Assembly (NCBI GenBank): GCA_030704615.1
Contig: CM060732.1
Span: 72,726,001 to 72,790,000, forward strand
From: Takakia lepidozioides
Lineage: Eukaryota > Plantae > Bryophyta
DNA length: 64,000 nucleotides
Direction of reading: 5' to 3'
The position numbers and the translations under genes were made by a program. The notes beneath the pieces were generated by a model. The model was given only the letters and a program-made list of their open reading frames with translations, did not search any database and was not told the DNA's origin. Positions 59,364 through 64,000 of the stretch are shown here, in pieces; within the stretch, counting starts at the first letter, position 1; each line of letters begins with the position of its first letter.

Positions 59364-62300
59364 CTACATTGTATCACTGTCCGGATCTTTTCCATACGAG
59401 ATGCCATACACTGACACAAACGAATTCCAACTGGGAGGTAAGTTTCGAAGAACTATTTGGGTTAGTTCATGCTCAGAAACTTCTTCATCAATGCTCTCTA
59501 ACTCCATTACAAGTTTATCTACCTTTATCAAGTAGTCTTCGACGGGCATTCCTTCCGTCATCTTGGTTTCAATGAGCTCAGACTTAAGCTCTAGCCTCCT
59601 CTGGATCGCAACAGACTCAAACTTCTTCTTCAGCCTCAACCACAAGGAAGCAGGGTCAGTGCAATGTTTCTTGACGATAGGAATGATCAAATTGTTTACT
59701 GTCGCAGTGAAGACGATGATGGCCGATTCTTTTTCTTCTGAATCTCGGCTTCCGTCTGACGATCTGACTGTGGAGTCACTTTGGGTTGACTCGCTTCTGC
59801 TCCATCACTTGGAGAAGTCTCAGACTTGCCTTCCTGAACTGAGCGGAGTATTGCTTCCCGGCTGCTAGCAGGAGACATGACATCCCACAAATCCTTCTCA
59901 CGTATGATTTGTTCCACCTTGAAAGCCCATCCATGTAGTTTTGGGCCCCCACCAGCTTATCACCTTCGAGAAATGTGACCTTGGTAACATCGAGAGACAA
60001 AGTCATCGTGAAGAGCTTAATGAGGAAACACTAAGTGGTCTTAGTGAGGTGCTACGACTACGTACAAGTTTACACCAAGGTACATGCAGATTTGGAGGAA
60101 TATTTGCAGGCCGTCAAGTTTCGTCGAAGAGCCCACGACACCAATGAGCAGTCCTTAGTGGCCGTTGTCCCAGTCAGACGCAATGACTCTGTTGGTAGGG
60201 GACGTGGTGGCCGGGGACGTGGCCGAGGTGGCCGTGGCCGAGGTCCTCCGGGCAACTTTGGTCAAGACCGAAGGAACCAGACTTGCAACTACTGCCATAA
60301 GAAAGGGCACTGGGAGTCCGACTGCTACATCAAAAAAGCAGATTTGGAAATAAAGAACATGTCGGTGGCTCAACTCCGGGAACTCCAGCAAAAAATTCAA
60401 GACATCAAGCAGTCTCTTACATGGCCGAAGGAGGTGACTTGGGCGACAGTCCTCCTGAGCATGGCACCGATGGCAGTAAGGCAACCGGCCTTACTATCGA
60501 AGCAATGTTAATTGAGTTTGAAGCAGGACCTAGTAACCAGACCTAGATACTCGATTCTGGGGCGAGCATGCATGTCGGGAAAGAGAAAGAGTCCTTATCT
60601 GACCTGAACTCTCGCTCCTCAATCAATAGCATCACTACTGCCAGTGGCACAAAGCTGCCAACCTCAGGAGCTGGATGTATCAATTTCTCCGGAAATAAAA
60701 TCACTGATATTCTGTATGTGCCGTCGGTGACAAAAAATCTCATTTCCATAGGCAAATTAGCAAACAATGGGCATGTTATCATGTTTGACGCTAAAAAATG
60801 CCTAGTATTTGACAAGGGAAATCCTTGGGAAATCCTTCTTAGAGGATCAAGGGACCCGTATAATCGGTTGTATAAATTGGATATGTCTCTGTCTGCCCCT
60901 CGCATGGGACGAGTCCTCATGCATCCCAAGGTGGCAGCCCATTGTAGCCTGCTGGAGCAAAGCAGCGACAAATATAAAGAAGTTTCTCGTCTGTGGCACA
61001 ACCGGATTGGACATGCCAGCTACTCTCGACTTCGATACATGACAACCAATCATCTAATTTTGGGCGTTCCTTTGCTTTCACATCTTCACGATGCCTGCGA
61101 AGTATGTGTGAAGGCCAAACAATGCAGGACTCAAATTCCCAAGGCGGCCAAGATCATACGTCAAGACCATTTCAACTTGTTCACTCCGACTTGTGCGGCC
61201 CTCTACCTGTGACTTCGTTGAAAGGATTCCGCTACATGATCACTTTCACTGATGACTACTCCACTTCTTGGATCTATTGTCTCCGAACAAAAAATGAGGC
61301 TCTCGTGATCAAATTTCAAGAATTCAGGAACATGGTTGAGACCTTCTTCTCGTCTAAAATCCAATGCATTCGATCAGACAGAGGAGGAGAGTATATGTCT
61401 GATTCCCTTCAACCAACTTTGCATCTGGTATGGTATTCAACGCCAACTAACTGTGGCTAGGACTCCACATCAAAATGGGGTTGCTGAGAGAAAAAACCGT
61501 ACGCTCATCACGATAGTGAGAAGTCTAGCAACAGGAGCAAAACTTCCAGCCTTCCTGTGGGAAGAACTGATTCGTAGGGCAAACTACATCAACAACAGGT
61601 GTAGCACCCGGGCTTTGAATCAATCGACTCATTTTGAATGTCTGTTTGGCTACATACCAGACGTTTCTCATTTCTGAATCATTGGCAGCACTGCATACGT
61701 GCATATTCCCACGGAGCAACGTGACAAACTTGGTGACAAATTCTTGAATTGTGTCTTGGTTGGATACGATGATCAGAGTAAAGCATATTGATGCTACCAC
61801 CCGGACACTAGAAGGATCCTCATCAGCCGAGGTGTAATTATTGATGAGTCGTCTCTTGGCAATACTATGTCTTCGGCTCCAAATGAGCAACAACAGATCC
61901 TAGATCTGTTTCCCATAGATGACGGATCTAATCATCCAGATGAGCCAACTCCAGAGCAACCAACTGCGACACTACCAGAAGCAGATTACGATCAAGATCT
62001 GCCTTTGGTCAATCTACTGGGGTCTCCTGGACCTATATCTCCGCAGTCAATATCCCCAACGTCTTCTATCTGCACTCGGGAAGAGTCTCATATTCAACCT
62101 CAACCACTGAGGAGGTCTTCTCGACTAGGGTCTGCTCCTTACAAATATCTTCCGTTTCAAATGTATCTCTCTGCTATAGAACCGGACTCTTGCATGGCTT
62201 GTCTAACGGATACCACTGAAAATGAAGTGAGTCTCGAACAAGCCCTAGTCGATGTCAATTGGAAAATTGCCGTGAATGCAGAACTTGACGCGCACAAAAA

Positions 62301-63645
62301 GAACGGAACTTGGAGTTTGGTCCCATTCCCTTTTGGCAAAAAAGCCCTATCTGCCAAGTGGATTCTCATAATCAAGTACGATCATCTCGATCAACCAAGA
62401 TACAAAGCTAGACTTGTGGCTCGTGGAAATGAACATCGTCACGGCATCGACTACGAGGAAACGTTTGCACCAGCCATTAAGTGGTCTACGGTACGCCTCA
62501 TTATAGCACTTGATGCAACCTCTAGTTGGGATATGTCATATATGGACGTTGTCACGGCTTTCTTAAATGGCACGATCAAGGAGGAAATCTATATGCATCA
62601 GCCACCTGGGTTTGCAGGTCCCGGCCAAGAACTGTGCGTATGCAAACTTCATCGCTCCATTTATGGGCTAAAGCAAAGCCCTCGTGCCTGGTATATTGAA
62701 GTGGATTCTTTTCTCCGCTCCATCAATTGTACCCAAAGCTCACTCGACCCCAACCTCTACATCTACAAAGAATCTGGGCAAATCGTCATTATCTTGCTTT
62801 TCGTTGATGACTTACTGATCACCAGTCGTGATTCTAATCTCATTCATCACCTCAAGGACCAGCTTCAAATCAAATACAAAATGAAGGACTTGGGTCAAAC
62901 CCAGCGATACCTTGGTGTTGAATTTCACATTTCCTCTCACGGCATTTTTCTTCATCAATCGAGCTATACCGAGCAGCTGCTACGGGATTACCAAATGAAT
63001 GATTGTCAAACTGCTAAAATTCCTCTCCCTGAGGGCTTCATTTCTGCAGATACTAGGACTCCACTAGTTGACTCCTGCAACCACTACTACACGTTGGTGG
63101 GCAAGTTGATTTATCTCACCAACACGCGCCTTGATTTGTCATTTGTCGTGGGCATCATTAGTCGCTTCATGCACTCTCTTCAGCAAGCTCACTTGGATGG
63201 AGTCTTCCACATCTTACGGTACCTCAAAGGGACTGTGGATTTCGGGATTTTCTATCAACGCCGCGCTTCCCTTCAACTCCAAGGCTTCACCGATTCAGAT
63301 TGGGGCAGACTCCTATGTTGACACTCGCCGGTCCATGGGAGGGTATATTTTCAAGTTAGCCTCTGGCCCCATCACTTGGAGCAGTAAGAGGCAAGCCACC
63401 GTCTCTAGGTCTATAACGGAAGCCGAGTACAAGACGCTTTGTGAAGGTGCTCAAGAAGGAGTTTACCTCAAACAACTTCTTCAAGAATTGAATCTTAGGA
63501 GTTCAAAACCAGCAACAATTCTCTGTAAGGATTCTGAAGTCGTCTCAGATCTCAAATTAGCAGCAATTCCTACGGAGCAAGATCTACATTTGCAGTGTGA
63601 CAACATCAGTGCTATCAAATTGGCGCATAATCCCATATCCACTGG
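59364..63645 (+). mobile_element. Degenerate Ty1/copia retrotransposon with inverted gag N-terminus
   Basis: The gag N-terminus is on the minus strand (60006-59364). The plus strand carries the zinc knuckle CNYCHKKGHWESDC, protease *ILDSGAS, LWHNRIGH, integrase (HSDLCGP, RSDRGGEY, PHQNGVAERKNR), RT (YKARLVARG, YGLKQSPRAW, FVDD) and RNase H (TDSDW, EAEY, CDN). Multiple stops and frameshifts. No LTRs identified. Confidence 0.93.
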
Positions 63646-64000
63646 ACCGTGATGAGTCCCAAGACTCCCCGCGACTCCCACCACCATAAGGTCTCCGCCC
63701 CATGGTGAGTCCTATGTCACCCCCACTAAGACCCACTAAGCTACCACCACCCCTCGTGGAACCACCCCCCACCGCAACCCGGTGTGCAGGGCTCCACCTA
63801 GTGAGTGCTTCTGCCTCCTTGAGTGCCTTTGGGCACTGAAGGTTGCTTCAGCCCCCATACCTATTGTTGCCACTGCCCCCACCACAGGGGCAGCCCCTCT
63901 TGTGTCCCGACCCCCTGCCCTCAAGGCAAAGGGCCGCGACAGTTCCTCATCACTCAACTTGGCCACCCGGAAGTACTGCTCCAGCTCCAAGAGCCAAGTG
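63646..64000 (-). mobile_element. Probable Ty3/gypsy gag fragment truncating the copia RNase H
   Basis: TWLLELEQYFRVAKLSDEEL at the window edge. The copia frame breaks at HNP. Confidence 0.45.

Overview
This is eukaryotic nuclear DNA from a land plant, probably a bryophyte or other seed-free lineage (inferred from the PLS-DYW expansion, an intron-rich ISA2 and RNF213-like and Dualen-like remnants). From left to right it contains: the right end of a CACTA transposon abutting a 2.5-kb modular satellite; a LORELEI-like gene with no GPI tail; two intact, divergently oriented PLS-class PPR-DYW (C-to-U editing) genes flanking an 8-exon protein tyrosine phosphatase; gene fragments (RNF213-like, GT37 fucosyltransferase, SEC-C motif protein, zinc finger); and a 4.8-kb degenerate PPR array that kept duplicating after it was inactivated, plus an inverted E/DYW fragment. 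A 27.6-kb, about 25-exon, non-catalytic isoamylase ISA2 gene follows on the minus strand. Its introns are filled by two non-LTR retrotransposon families: one ends in (TC)n and inserts at TC-rich sites with 14-16-bp TSDs, the other ends in (CATTT)n. The window ends with a degenerate Ty1/copia element whose gag segment is inverted. Exon boundaries were read by eye and may be off by a few nt. All family assignments come from recalled motifs, not database searches.
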